DNA from: an uncultured Candidatus Bathyarchaeia archaeon
Lineage (GTDB): Archaea > Thermoproteota > Bathyarchaeia > Bathyarchaeales > Bathycorpusculaceae
Reading direction: 5' to 3'
Assembly (NCBI GenBank): GCA_964355725.1
Contig: CAYHEV010000002.1
Coordinates: forward strand, 3,189-67,188
DNA: 64,000 nt
Both the position numbers and the translations under genes were made by a program. Positions 1 through 10,176 of the stretch are shown here, piece after piece. The notes under the pieces are model-generated. The model searched no databases, was not told where the DNA came from, and saw only the letters and a program-made list of their open reading frames with translations. The stretch's first letter is position 1. Each line of letters starts with the position of its first letter.

Positions 1-166
1 TGTGAGTGAAAACTTGCCACATTACATAGCCAGTTTTCAGCCGTGTCTACGTTACTCTCCTATCTCAACTTCTGATCATAGAGTAAAGGTTAAACATGGA
101 CACAAAAGAATCACTTCATTCCCCCTTTAGAGCTTAAGATATCGGTAGTAAGTCGACGGTGAAAGA

Positions 167-1006
167 GTGTTCAAAAGCGTTGGGTTGGTCGCTCGTTACG
201 ACAAAAAGAAAGCTGTAAAACTCGCAGAAGATTTGGCTGTACATTTGAAAGCAAAAGGATTACAGGTATTAATAGAAGACACACTGGCTGAGAAGACAGG
301 CATGAGAGAAAAACCAGTTCCGCTGGAACACATGAAAACCGACTTCATAATCACAATAGGCGGAGACGGCACAATTCTAAGAACTTGTGTGTCGCTTCCG
401 AAACCTGAACCGCCAATATTGGCAGTAAACATGGGCATCCGAGGCTTCCTCACGGAAGTAGAACCAAAACAAGCGCTAGAAGCTGTGGACAAATGCCTAA
501 GAAACGAGTTTAAAATTGAAAAATGCATGAAACTCTCAATAACTGCAAATGGCATTGTCTTTCCAGACGCTTTAAATGAAGTAGTGATGACAGCTGACGA
601 ACCGACGAAAATACTCTACACTCAAATACTGAGAGACAAAGAGCTAATTCTGAACTGCCAAGCAGATGGACTAATGATATCCACGCCAACAGGCTCCACT
701 GGATACTCGCTCTCCGCTGGCGGACCAGTTCTTGCACCAGGCGTAAATGCCTTTGTGCTAACACCGATATGCCCCTTGAGTGTGTTTCATCCTATGGTTT
801 TCCCTGCAGACGCGCAAATCACCGTTCAAATCGCGAGACCTAGAAAAACACTGGTGTTAATTGATGGAAAATACCGCAGAATCATAAGTTCCAAACTGCC
901 AAGCCTAACTGTCACCCGCTCCAAGAACGAAACACGTTTTATAAGGTTCAAAGAAGACTTCTATTATCGTCTAAAGAACAGATTGCTTTTCAAGGGGACG
1001 GAGTGA
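167..1006 (+). CDS. nadK: NAD kinase
   Basis: 279-aa ORF with a GTG start. Contains GGDGTILR and DGLMISTPTGSTGYSLSAGGP motifs typical of NAD kinases. Confidence 0.85.
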   Translation: MFKSVGLVARYDKKKAVKLAEDLAVHLKAKGLQVLIEDTLAEKTGMREKPVPLEHMKTDFIITIGGDGTILRTCVSLPKPEPPILAVNMGIRGFLTEVEPKQALEAVDKCLRNEFKIEKCMKLSITANGIVFPDALNEVVMTADEPTKILYTQILRDKELILNCQADGLMISTPTGSTGYSLSAGGPVLAPGVNAFVLTPICPLSVFHPMVFPADAQITVQIARPRKTLVLIDGKYRRIISSKLPSLTVTRSKNETRFIRFKEDFYYRLKNRLLFKGTE

Positions 1007-1557
1007 AAAATCTGACTGAGAACTCAACGGCAAAGAGAGTCGTAATCCTAGACACGTCCGCTTTTGTCGCAGGCTTCGATCCGTTCTCAATAAGTGAGGA
1101 ACAATACACTGTACCAATGGTCAAAGAGGAAATAATGGAAAATTCGATGGCTTCAGTCAGATTCAGAACAGCTTTGGAAAACGGCAGACTGAAGATCAAA
1201 ACACCAGACCCAGCCTTCGAGAACCAAGTGAAAACCTCTGCCATCCTTATCGGTGACAAATTCTTCCTATCAGAAACAGATCAGCAGGTCTTGGCATTAG
1301 CATTAGGATTCAAAACGCAGAGTACCCGCGCATTAATCATCACTGATGACTATTCCATCCAAAATGTGGCAAATCAGCTAGGAGTAGAGTTTGCTTCTCT
1401 CGCCACCTTCGGCATCCGCTTCCGCCTGCAGTGGATAAGATATTGCCCAGCATGCCACAGAAAATATCCAGCAGACTCCAAATCCCGAACTTGCGAAGTA
1501 TGCGGCACACAACTAAAGAGAAAACCAGTAAGAAAAACCCACTTAAACCAAACATAA
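1003..1557 (+). CDS. Nob1-like PIN-domain endonuclease with C-terminal zinc ribbon
   Basis: N-terminal PIN signature (VVILDTSAFV ... ITDDYSIQNVA) followed by CPAC...CEVCG. GTGA overlap with the nadK stop. Confidence 0.7.
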   Translation: MKNLTENSTAKRVVILDTSAFVAGFDPFSISEEQYTVPMVKEEIMENSMASVRFRTALENGRLKIKTPDPAFENQVKTSAILIGDKFFLSETDQQVLALALGFKTQSTRALIITDDYSIQNVANQLGVEFASLATFGIRFRLQWIRYCPACHRKYPADSKSRTCEVCGTQLKRKPVRKTHLNQT

Positions 1558-1586
1558 TGAACTAATGATAAGGGAGAACAAAACGA

Positions 1587-2162
1587 ATGAGCCTAGTTGA
1601 AAAGAAAACTGTCTATTTTGAAAAACCAGGCAAACAAAACACAGAAACCCTCTTGAAACACGTCAAAGAATATGCCGAAAAGGAAAAAATAGAAGACATA
1701 GTAGTCGCATCAACAACCGGCGAAACAGGAGCCAAAGCAGCTAAGATACTCAAAGGACACAACGTCGTAATAGTAACACACAGCTTTGGCTTCCAAGAGC
1801 CTGGAAAGAACGAGCTACAAGACGATTTCAAGAAGAAGATTTTAACCAATAAAGCAAAGATTTTCTCAGGCACTCACGCGCTAAGCAGCGCCGAACGAGC
1901 CATACGCAAAGATTTTGGCACGATCCAACCCTTGGAACTAATAGCCAACGTATTAAGGCTCTTCGGAGAAGGAACAAAAGTATGCGTGGAAATCACCTTG
2001 ATGGCCGCAGACGCCGGCTTAATTCCAGTCGACAAAGACATCGTTGCCATAGGCGGCTCAGGGAGAGGCTCAGATACTGCACTCCTAGTACATCCGACAC
2101 ACTCAGCAAAATTCTTCAATCTGCGAATAAAAGAAATAATAGCAAAACCGCGCGACTTCTAA
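1587..2162 (+). CDS. Stand-alone pyruvate kinase C-terminal (alpha/beta) domain-like protein
   Basis: 191 aa. VVASTTGETG, LRLFGEGTKVCVEI, MAADAGLIP and AIGGSGRGSDTALLV match the conserved archaeal PK_C-like family as I remember it. SD-like GGGAG lies upstream. Confidence 0.6.
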   Translation: MSLVEKKTVYFEKPGKQNTETLLKHVKEYAEKEKIEDIVVASTTGETGAKAAKILKGHNVVIVTHSFGFQEPGKNELQDDFKKKILTNKAKIFSGTHALSSAERAIRKDFGTIQPLELIANVLRLFGEGTKVCVEITLMAADAGLIPVDKDIVAIGGSGRGSDTALLVHPTHSAKFFNLRIKEIIAKPRDF

Positions 2163-2188
2163 AAGAATAACTGAAACCAGAAGCTGAG

Positions 2189-2632
2189 CTAGACCTCATC
2201 ATTGTCGCGTTTGCTGAAGTACTTTATATCATCGTGTTCAACGTAGCCACATTCGTTAAACAGTTTCTTGGACCCTTCATTGTCATCCTCGATCAAAGCA
2301 CAGAAAAGTCTGACCCCACGTTTCCTAAATATTCGTTCAGAAGCACCGATCAAGGCTTTAGCAACACCGTGACGCCTGAAGTGAGGATCAACTGCCAGTC
2401 GATTTATCCAGCCTTTCCGCAGATCACAAGTCAAGATGACAATGCCGACGAGGCGGTTTTCTTCGAAGGCTCCGAGGAAAAAATCGGGATCAGCTTCCAT
2501 TTCGGCTGCGACTGCTTCTTTGCTATCTCTTCCTTTGGGCTTAAATGGTAAACCTGCTCTAGACCAAAGCCTCACCATTTCGTCGTAGTCGCTTGCTGTT
2601 AATCTTCTAATCTCCATGCTAACACATGGCAA
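2189..2632 (-). CDS. GNAT family N-acetyltransferase
   Basis: 147 aa. Acetyl-CoA binding motif RRHGVAKALI. Starts 3 nt downstream of the aminotransferase. Confidence 0.75.
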   Translation of the reverse strand: MPCVSMEIRRLTASDYDEMVRLWSRAGLPFKPKGRDSKEAVAAEMEADPDFFLGAFEENRLVGIVILTCDLRKGWINRLAVDPHFRRHGVAKALIGASERIFRKRGVRLFCALIEDDNEGSKKLFNECGYVEHDDIKYFSKRDNDEV

Positions 2633-2634
2633 GT

Positions 2635-3972
2635 TTAGTTCTCTTTTTCAACTTCTTTTGTAACGTCTTCAATTATGTCTAATGAAGCATCGATGAGCTC
2701 TTTATTGATTATCAGTGGCGGTGCAATTCTCACGGTTGAAGCCCCGCAAGTGATCACGTTGACGCCTCGTTTCCACGATCTCATCATGATTTCGGTGACC
2801 TTTTGAGGCGCTGGTTTCTTGCTTTCTTTGTCTTCGACGATTTCCATGCCAATCATTAAGCCTTTTCCTCTTACATCGCCCACGATCTCGCTTCGGTCTT
2901 TGAATTCGCTAAGCCGCTTCATAATGTAGGCACCTTGTTTAGTCGCATTCTCCAGAAGCCTCTCTTCCTTTACGACTTCGATGACCGCGCTTGCCGCAAC
3001 ACATGACAGCGGGTTACCGCCAAAAGTGCTTGCATGAGAACCTGGAACCCAATCCATAACCTTTGCTTTGGCAATCGTTGCGCCTAGCGGCAAGCCAGAC
3101 GCCAAAGCTTTTGCAGTGCATAGAATATCAGGTTCAACACCCCAATGCTCAATTGCAAACCATTTTCCAGTCCTACCTGTACCACTCTGCACTTCGTCGT
3201 CTATGAGCAGTATGCCGTACTTGTCGGCTAACTTCTTTAATCGTTGGAAGTATTCCGGAGGTGGGACAACATAACCGCCTTCGCCTTGAATTGGCTCAAC
3301 GAGTATCCCAGCGACATCTTCGGGAGGAATATATTTCTGCAGAACATATTCGTCAATGAAGTCTACACACCAATAGTGACAGTCTGGATAAGTCAGTTTG
3401 TAGGGACAGCGGTAACAGTAGGCATAAGGCACGTGAGTGACACCGGGCATCAATGGGGAGAAATAGCGCCTTTGAGTGGGTTTGCTGGCAGTGAAAGATA
3501 AGGCTCCAATTGTACGTCCGTGAAAAGCGCTGATGAAACCAATAAACAGCTGTTTTCGACTGTGCCATTTTGCAAGCTTGACTGCTGCTTCAATTGCTTC
3601 GGCTCCGCTATTTCCAAAATACACTTTCTTCTCAAACTTCCCAGGCGAAATTTCAGTGAGCTGCTGCGCAAGATTGATAACTTCTTTATAGAAGAAGTCC
3701 GTGTTGGAATAATGCAGAAAACGGTCGCATTGGTTCTTTATTGCTGACACGACTTTAGGATGGCTGTGGCCAACATTCATGCACACCAAGCCGGAGTTAA
3801 AATCTATGAATTCATTTCCATCAACATCCTTCACTATGCAACCTTTGCCAGATTCGACAACAAGTGGATAAAACCGACCATAGGAAGGTGAAATATAGTT
3901 TTCGTCTTTTTTGACGTATTCTCTTGCTTTTGGTCCTGGTGGAGTGACAACTATTTTTGGATAATTGCTCAT
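2635..3972 (-). CDS. Class III PLP-dependent aminotransferase (GABA/acetylornithine aminotransferase family)
   Basis: 445 aa. GNSGAEA, DEVQSGTGRTG and TAKALASG (PLP-lysine region) motifs. Confidence 0.85.
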   Translation of the reverse strand: MSNYPKIVVTPPGPKAREYVKKDENYISPSYGRFYPLVVESGKGCIVKDVDGNEFIDFNSGLVCMNVGHSHPKVVSAIKNQCDRFLHYSNTDFFYKEVINLAQQLTEISPGKFEKKVYFGNSGAEAIEAAVKLAKWHSRKQLFIGFISAFHGRTIGALSFTASKPTQRRYFSPLMPGVTHVPYAYCYRCPYKLTYPDCHYWCVDFIDEYVLQKYIPPEDVAGILVEPIQGEGGYVVPPPEYFQRLKKLADKYGILLIDDEVQSGTGRTGKWFAIEHWGVEPDILCTAKALASGLPLGATIAKAKVMDWVPGSHASTFGGNPLSCVAASAVIEVVKEERLLENATKQGAYIMKRLSEFKDRSEIVGDVRGKGLMIGMEIVEDKESKKPAPQKVTEIMMRSWKRGVNVITCGASTVRIAPPLIINKELIDASLDIIEDVTKEVEKEN

Positions 3973-4122
3973 TTCACATCACCGATTGGAGCTTTAACGT
4001 TTAGAAATTACGGTTTTATATAGCTACCTATGGCTGTTGCTTGAAGAAGAACATGAAAAAGCTTAATGTCCAGCGTATCCAGTCTTTGTGTCAACTTGTA
4101 TTTTGGAGAAAAGAGAAGCAAT

Positions 4123-4464
4123 CTATGGTTTGGTCACTGTAATTTCAATGGCTGAGACTTTAGATGTGCGTCCTTCTGCTCTAGGGACTTCCTCTGTACC
4201 AAGATTTATTGTATCCAACTGCAAGCCCTTTGCGAAACTGCGTCTTAATACCTCAACTGTGTCAACTGCTCTCGGGATTGCTCGTCCTCTGGCTTTGATG
4301 GTAACTTTGTTTGAGCCTGAGTTGAGGTGTGTTAGGCAGGCAAGAACATAGTTCATCACTGGTTTATTGCCGATGAATACAGCTTTTTCATTAACTTCTG
4401 TGTTCTGCGGGGCTTTCGCGGCTTTCTCTTTTTTCGCTGTTTTTCTAGATCTTTCCTCTGTCAT
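4123..4464 (-). CDS. albA: Alba DNA/RNA-binding chromatin protein with a Lys-rich N-terminal extension
   Basis: 113 aa. Core IGNKPVMNYVLA...VTIKARGRAIPRAVDTVEVLRR...SAIEITV is Alba/Sso10b-like. Confidence 0.8.
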   Translation of the reverse strand: MTEERSRKTAKKEKAAKAPQNTEVNEKAVFIGNKPVMNYVLACLTHLNSGSNKVTIKARGRAIPRAVDTVEVLRRSFAKGLQLDTINLGTEEVPRAEGRTSKVSAIEITVTKP

Positions 4465-4558
4465 GTCATACCACTTTCTACTCTAGTTGATAGTAGTTGG
4501 TTTCGTGAAGAAGTTTATGTCTCAAGTTTCAGCTTATATTTTTCCGTGCGGGTAGAGG

Positions 4559-5452
4559 TCAGACACACTGTTTGCGATATTGCTCCCAGTCCTCATCTGT
4601 CCACTTCTGGATTCTTTCAATGTCTTCTTCGCTCAAGTTGCGGAATCTACCTTGCAAGGCAAAATATTCCTTGATAGGCTTACGCTTAGCTTTATCAACC
4701 AGCCGGTCACTGGGAGAATTTAGTTTGAATTTCCCATTTTCAATCTCATAGAGACCCCATAAACCAGTTTGCACTGCAAGACGCCCCATCTCGATTGTTT
4801 TGCTAGGGTCATAACGCCATCCAGTTGGACAAGGTGACAAGAGATGAATGTACTTTGTTCCATGGATTTCCTTGGCTTTCCTGAGCTTGTTTATGAAGTC
4901 TAATGGATATGATGTGCAAGCAGTCGCCACATAGGGTATTCGGTGAGCAGCCATTATCATAGGCATGTCCTTCTTTCGTTCCTTTTTTCCGGAAGGTGTT
5001 GTTGTAGTCCACGCGCCATATGGTGTTGCGCCACTACGTTGCATTCCAGTGTTGCCATAAGCTTCGTTGTCATAGCAAATGTAAATGAAGTTGGTTCCCC
5101 TCTCGGCTGCTCCGGATAGTGCTTGAATGCCTATGTCGGCCGTTCCACCGTCTCCAGCCCAGCCGACAACCGTTAGATCGTCAATCAATTTTCTCTGGCG
5201 GAGAGCCGCTACTATCCCTGACGCCGCGGCACCTGTAGATTCGAACAATATGTTCTGCAGAGGAACATTGAATGAAGTGTAAGGATAAGGGCCTTGGATA
5301 ACGGTTGTGCAACATGCTGGAACAACAAGTATCACTTTGTTTCCTAATGCTTTGAAAAGTAGGCGAAGCGAAATTGCTGGAGCACAACCAGCACAAGCAG
5401 CATGTCCCTTAAGCAAGTATTCTTCTCTTGAAAGCTCTTTCATTGTCACCAT
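4559..5452 (-). CDS. porB: Pyruvate/2-oxoacid:ferredoxin oxidoreductase beta subunit (TPP-binding)
   Basis: 297 aa. GDGGTADIG TPP motif and an N-terminal Cys cluster. Last gene of a G-D-A-B gene order. Confidence 0.85.
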   Translation of the reverse strand: MVTMKELSREEYLLKGHAACAGCAPAISLRLLFKALGNKVILVVPACCTTVIQGPYPYTSFNVPLQNILFESTGAAASGIVAALRQRKLIDDLTVVGWAGDGGTADIGIQALSGAAERGTNFIYICYDNEAYGNTGMQRSGATPYGAWTTTTPSGKKERKKDMPMIMAAHRIPYVATACTSYPLDFINKLRKAKEIHGTKYIHLLSPCPTGWRYDPSKTIEMGRLAVQTGLWGLYEIENGKFKLNSPSDRLVDKAKRKPIKEYFALQGRFRNLSEEDIERIQKWTDEDWEQYRKQCV

Positions 5453-5456
5453 TTTT

Positions 5457-6635
5457 TCACTCCCTCAAATCAACCCACTCAGTTTCCCTCTCCACTTTAC
5501 CTACACTCAGCCACTTCAACGACTTCTTAGCAATTTTCTCGATTGTTCCAGAAGTCACATCTCTTCCTCCCAAACCTGCAATGAAACCAGCGATTAATGG
5601 CCGATCTTTCTGGCTGAAAAGAGACGCCTTTGTTTCTGAGGCGAGAAAACCTTCCATTCCGAAAGATATATGACGGTCTATCGTCGCAAATATCTGTGCA
5701 TTTTCCGCAAGCTTCACTAGATCTTCCACAGGATATGGTCGATAAACTCGAACTCTCGCTGATCCCACTTTCAATCCTTCCTTACGCAACTTGTCGACAG
5801 CTAGTTTCGCATCGCTGCCCATTGTTCCCATTGTCAACATAACCAGATCAGCATCTTCGCACTTATACTTCTCAATCAATCCGCCATACTCTTTACCAAA
5901 ATGTTTGCCATACTCCTTGTCGATTTGCGGAATCAACTTCTTTGCGTTTTCCATGGATTCCTGGATCATGTAACGAAACTCCATGAACCATTCTGGCGTA
6001 ACCAAGTTCGCGTGAGAGTATGGATGATTAACGTCCAATACCCACCCGGACTTGTATGGCGGCAGAAAATCATCGATCTTCTCTTGATCCGGAATTCTTG
6101 CCGGAGCATATGTGTGCGATAGGATGAACCCTTCAAGGCAAACCATTGCTGGTATGAACACTTTTTCGTTTTCGCAAAGTTTATAGGCTTGAATGATTGT
6201 GTCAAAGACTTCCTGATTGTCCGCACAATAGAACTGAATCCACCCAGTATCCCGTTGTGAGAGCGAATCGCTGAAGTCAGGCCATATGCTCCAAGGAGCC
6301 CCCATGGCACGGTTGACAACAACCATAACAATCGGTAAGCGAGAACCGGAAGCCCAGTGTAAAGCTTCATGCATAAGTGCCAAGCCATGGGCAGATGTCG
6401 CCGTAAACGTTCGAACCCCAGCTGCAGCGGCTCCTATACACGCTACCATAGCACTATGTTCAGATTCGACACTAATGTATTCGGTGTCCATCTCTCCGCT
6501 CTCAACAAACTCCGCTATCTTCTCAACCACTGTTGTTTGAGGGGTTATTGGATAAGCTGCAACGACCTTAACTCGCGCTAATTTGGCGGCGTATCCAGCA
6601 ATATGATTGGCTGTATCAATGATCATCTGTGCCAC
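5457..6635 (-). CDS. porA: Pyruvate/2-oxoacid:ferredoxin oxidoreductase alpha subunit
   Basis: 392 aa. AYPITPQT motif. Lies in the operon with the beta, delta and gamma subunits. Confidence 0.85.
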   Translation of the reverse strand: MAQMIIDTANHIAGYAAKLARVKVVAAYPITPQTTVVEKIAEFVESGEMDTEYISVESEHSAMVACIGAAAAGVRTFTATSAHGLALMHEALHWASGSRLPIVMVVVNRAMGAPWSIWPDFSDSLSQRDTGWIQFYCADNQEVFDTIIQAYKLCENEKVFIPAMVCLEGFILSHTYAPARIPDQEKIDDFLPPYKSGWVLDVNHPYSHANLVTPEWFMEFRYMIQESMENAKKLIPQIDKEYGKHFGKEYGGLIEKYKCEDADLVMLTMGTMGSDAKLAVDKLRKEGLKVGSARVRVYRPYPVEDLVKLAENAQIFATIDRHISFGMEGFLASETKASLFSQKDRPLIAGFIAGLGGRDVTSGTIEKIAKKSLKWLSVGKVERETEWVDLRE

Positions 6636-6923
6636 TTAGCCTTCCTCCCGCTTCATCAATATCGCCTTAGCTGGACATTCGTTAGCACATATTCCGCAGC
6701 CCTTGCAGTAATCATAGTCTATCTTTGGAGAATCATCATCTTGCCGTGTTATTGCTGCATCGGGGCAGTAGATCCAGCAAAGAGTACACTTTGTGCATCT
6801 GGAATAATCAACTTCTGGGCGGAAGGTTCTCCAAGATCCCGTTTTCCCCATGCTGCCAACCGTTGGATTGGATAGAGCCGTCAATGGCATTTCCCTGCAG
6901 AACTTCTTAACATCATCCATCAA
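6636..6923 (-). CDS. porD: Pyruvate/2-oxoacid:ferredoxin oxidoreductase delta subunit (2x[4Fe-4S] ferredoxin)
   Basis: 95 aa. CTKCTLCWIYCP and CKGCGICANECP cluster motifs. Confidence 0.8.
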   Translation of the reverse strand: MMDDVKKFCREMPLTALSNPTVGSMGKTGSWRTFRPEVDYSRCTKCTLCWIYCPDAAITRQDDDSPKIDYDYCKGCGICANECPAKAILMKREEG

Positions 6924-7489
6924 ACTTCACCACCAACTCCGATTACTAAACGCTCATATGCTAACTCTGCTGCCCTTGCGTTCTTCTCACCTGCACTACC
7001 CTTCCAAGTTTCTTTGATGACTTTCGTGACACTTTCTAGTTTGATTTCGCCAGTGGCTTTGGCAAACGCTCCTACGATAGATGTGTTGACGATAGGTTGG
7101 CCAGCTACAAGCAAGTTCAGTTCTAAAGCAATTTCAGTTGCATCAACGGCCGCAATTCGCTGGCCTTTGAGCATTATTTCTTCAGGTTTTTTCGGTGTAT
7201 TCATTGTTATTATCCCATTTGTTTTCAAACCCTCAGTTACATCAACGACCCGATGAATGATAGGATCAAGCACTATCTCATAATCAGGATTGTAGACTTG
7301 ACTGTGCACGAGTATGGGTTCATCACTTAATCTTGCAAAAGCTTTCACAGGGGCTCCTCGCCGTTCTGCACCAAAGTATGGAAATGCTTGAACCCATTTG
7401 CCTTCAACGAACGCGGCGTGAGCCAACAATTCCGCAGCAGTGACACTTCCTTGTCCACCGCGGCCATGAATTCTAATCTCTTTCAACAC
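6920..7489 (-). CDS. porG: Pyruvate/2-oxoacid:ferredoxin oxidoreductase gamma subunit
   Basis: 189 aa. RIHGRGGQG motif. 4-nt overlap with the delta subunit. Confidence 0.85.
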   Translation of the reverse strand: MLKEIRIHGRGGQGSVTAAELLAHAAFVEGKWVQAFPYFGAERRGAPVKAFARLSDEPILVHSQVYNPDYEIVLDPIIHRVVDVTEGLKTNGIITMNTPKKPEEIMLKGQRIAAVDATEIALELNLLVAGQPIVNTSIVGAFAKATGEIKLESVTKVIKETWKGSAGEKNARAAELAYERLVIGVGGEV

Positions 7490-7542
7490 CGCCTTCCCTT
7501 CTAAATTGAAAGTGGGAACATTTCGGCTTTATTAGTGTTAGC

Positions 7543-9372
7543 TTACAAAAACATCAGAAACAACGTCAAAAGCAGACCAGCGATCCCCAAGATTGGAATA
7601 ATAGTCTTCTTGGCTTTTTGAAGACTCTTCTCTATCAGGAGACAAAGCGTTTCCAGCCTCTTCTCTCCGATGACTTTGACGCCAGAAACAGTTATGCCAC
7701 GACACGCAACCTTAACACGCTCCATACCAGACAAGCCAGCGTTCGTTGTCTTTATGACGTAGTCAATTAGTCTTTGATGATCTATCGCTTCACCTACTGG
7801 GTGATATCCACGATCGCCCAGAATCACGCCACTTACTGAGTGCGTGTCAGTCGTAAAGACTTCGCCCCCGGTGATGCCTATGGAGCGAAGAGCCAAACGG
7901 ATTTTCTCGCGTAGCCCAGAAACCATGTTGTTTCCATCGATAGTTACATAGGCGGTTTTCTGCTCGCCGACTTTGATCACAATGACGGTGATACCGCCGG
8001 CACCCATACCATCTTTCAGAGTGAACTCTTGCGGGGAGATAGTAGCGGCTCCAACCTCAAAATATGACTGCGCCAAATCAGCGGCTTCACCTAAACATTT
8101 AGCAGCAACATCTTTTAACGATTTCAGGGTTTCTTCGTCATTTACTGATCCGTCGAGGCTATTATGAGCGTTAACGATCACACTGCAGATCAACCCATGC
8201 TTTTCTGCTTCTTGACGAACGAACGTGCCTAACTCTTGCGGTAAGTCTTCAATCGTTTTCGGTGCAAGAGTGAAAGAGATTAATACTGATTTACCGAAAA
8301 TCTGGCAGCAGGCTGTAGCCAAACCGTTACTGACTTCGACACAGGGAGACGCCTTTGACTCAGATGCTTCAAAACTAATCGATCCAATAACGTCTTTAAT
8401 GATTTTTTGATTCTGAAGTTGAGAAGGCAGGTCAAATTCGTGACTAAGCAAACCATGAGGCACGCAAGCTTCACAGCCAAACTCGGTTTCTAAAGCATTC
8501 TTGAGCAGAGAAGGCAAGATGCTACTTCCAATGTCTTTGAAAGGCCCAGGATGAACGGAAGGAACCACAACAGCGGCTTTGAGTTTGGAAGTGCCAAACT
8601 GCACAATGGAAACTTCGATGTTTTGCTCTTCACTCAATTTTTCAAGAAGCTCTTCAAAAGGAGCATTCAAATCTACTATCCAGTTAAGCAAAAAAGCCTT
8701 GAAGAGAGCCATGGAGGGCACACCAAGCAGCTTCTCTCCCAAACGGTTCAAGGCAACAATTAATAAGGAGCTCGCAGCAAGACCCACAGTCAAAGAGAAA
8801 ATGAAGAACAAGAAAGTGTAGATCGTGATTGGGTAGCCCATTGACGCCCAGAGTATCAGAAAAGGAATTATGCAAAGAAAGGGTTGAAGAGCAGAGGCAG
8901 CGACGTGTCTTTTATGGCTCATAAAGGATGTTGAGCTGAACACTATCAAACGTAGAATAAGCACTGCTGAAAATCCTAAAAGGCACAATCTCACCCACCA
9001 AGCTAAACCAAATGGCATCGCAACCGCAACGCCTATGAAAATGAAAAAGAGCCATAGGCCCCAGCAGAAAACGGACAGCCCGGTGGTTCTTTTCAAATCA
9101 TAGATTGGATCCTCCTTCAAAATCAACTTACTCATAACATAATCAAGAATCAAATTAATGAGAAACAAGGAAACTCCGAGAAGCAAACCGTGAACAAGGC
9201 CTTCAAATGAAGAGAAAAGCACAATAGTGGGAAACAATCCGCCGCTTACAGAGAATAACGCAAGAAGAGTAACTGCTTTTCTGTAGGATGGAAGTTTAAA
9301 TAGCAACGAATAACGTTTGACTGCGTTATCCATCGAAGCATTCAAAGAATTTTCAGCTGCCACTCCCATCAA
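7543..9372 (-). CDS. Large archaeal membrane protein, probably DUF2070 family
   Basis: 609 aa. About 6 or more N-terminal TM helices, a soluble domain (HPGPFKD, TTDTHSV) and a C-terminal TM. The family name is from memory only. Confidence 0.45.
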   Translation of the reverse strand: MMGVAAENSLNASMDNAVKRYSLLFKLPSYRKAVTLLALFSVSGGLFPTIVLFSSFEGLVHGLLLGVSLFLINLILDYVMSKLILKEDPIYDLKRTTGLSVFCWGLWLFFIFIGVAVAMPFGLAWWVRLCLLGFSAVLILRLIVFSSTSFMSHKRHVAASALQPFLCIIPFLILWASMGYPITIYTFLFFIFSLTVGLAASSLLIVALNRLGEKLLGVPSMALFKAFLLNWIVDLNAPFEELLEKLSEEQNIEVSIVQFGTSKLKAAVVVPSVHPGPFKDIGSSILPSLLKNALETEFGCEACVPHGLLSHEFDLPSQLQNQKIIKDVIGSISFEASESKASPCVEVSNGLATACCQIFGKSVLISFTLAPKTIEDLPQELGTFVRQEAEKHGLICSVIVNAHNSLDGSVNDEETLKSLKDVAAKCLGEAADLAQSYFEVGAATISPQEFTLKDGMGAGGITVIVIKVGEQKTAYVTIDGNNMVSGLREKIRLALRSIGITGGEVFTTDTHSVSGVILGDRGYHPVGEAIDHQRLIDYVIKTTNAGLSGMERVKVACRGITVSGVKVIGEKRLETLCLLIEKSLQKAKKTIIPILGIAGLLLTLFLMFL

Positions 9373-9625
9373 CTCGCGTGAGTTTTCTATGAAAGAAGCT
9401 CAGGCATATTAAAGTGTCGTGAAATAGCGCATGATCGCATCCGTAAGATTAAGACATCTGTTAACATTTACTTTGCAGTAGACATTGAGCGATTTTGACA
9501 TGAAAATTGAAAGATTGGGAACAATAGAAAGCTAAACAAACGCCATGGTGATATCCACACTATGTACTCTTAAAAGAGTAATAGTTTTATCCTTAAAACA
9601 TTAATTATAGGATTTTGCGAACACT

Positions 9626-9913
9626 ATGCCTGAACAAGGTATACCGCTCACCATATTTCACATGCTTGAGAAGAACGTGGGTAAGAAGATACGGGTGATT
9701 TTAGATCCGTCCTACGGTTTTGAGGGAACGTTGATAGCTGTGACTTCTGAGCCTTCAGGGATATGGCTGTCAGACGCTGAAGCACTTATATTGCGTGCAA
9801 CTATCGCTCAGCCTATACCGCAGGTTGCAAGCAGGGAAGAAAGAAGTGAGATATTTGTACATCTTAACTCTGTCCAGCGGATAGAAGTGTTGCATCCGCC
9901 TTCTCGCCACTAG
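9626..9913 (+). CDS. Small protein, possibly Sm-like (LSm) fold
   Basis: 95 aa. LEKNVGKKIRVIL..GFEGTLIAV....IWLSDAE ... IFVHLNSVQRIEVL resembles Sm1/Sm2 spacing. Weak call. Confidence 0.35.
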   Translation: MPEQGIPLTIFHMLEKNVGKKIRVILDPSYGFEGTLIAVTSEPSGIWLSDAEALILRATIAQPIPQVASREERSEIFVHLNSVQRIEVLHPPSRH

Positions 9914-9916
9914 ACA

Positions 9917-10087
9917 CTACTTAAAGAAAATATGCGCCAGAACACAGATTATTATTAATGCTATTGATGCAACCACAAGCAGTTCAGGTCTGACCTTAAC
10001 GCCTTCGGTTTCCTCCTCGAAAAATCTAAGAAGCCCTGCACTAGCAGCGGGCATTGGCGATGATTTCTCTTTCTTTTTCTTGCTCAA
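9917..10087 (-). CDS. secG: Preprotein translocase subunit Sec61-beta (SecG)
   Basis: Hand-translated 56-aa ORF below the track cutoff: (TTG)SKKKKEKSSPMPAASAGLLRFFEEETEGVKVRPELLVVASIALIIICVLAHIFFK. It has a K-rich N-terminus, the SAGLxRFF motif and a single C-terminal TM. An alternative ATG start is at 10054. Confidence 0.65.
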   Translation of the reverse strand: MSKKKKEKSSPMPAASAGLLRFFEEETEGVKVRPELLVVASIALIIICVLAHIFFK

Positions 10088-10176
10088 TCAACAGTCTCCT
10101 GTTTCCAAGGCAAATAGTTCCTACCATTTTCTCCATTATTAATGTTATGTTATTTTGAAAGAGTTTTTATTTCTGA

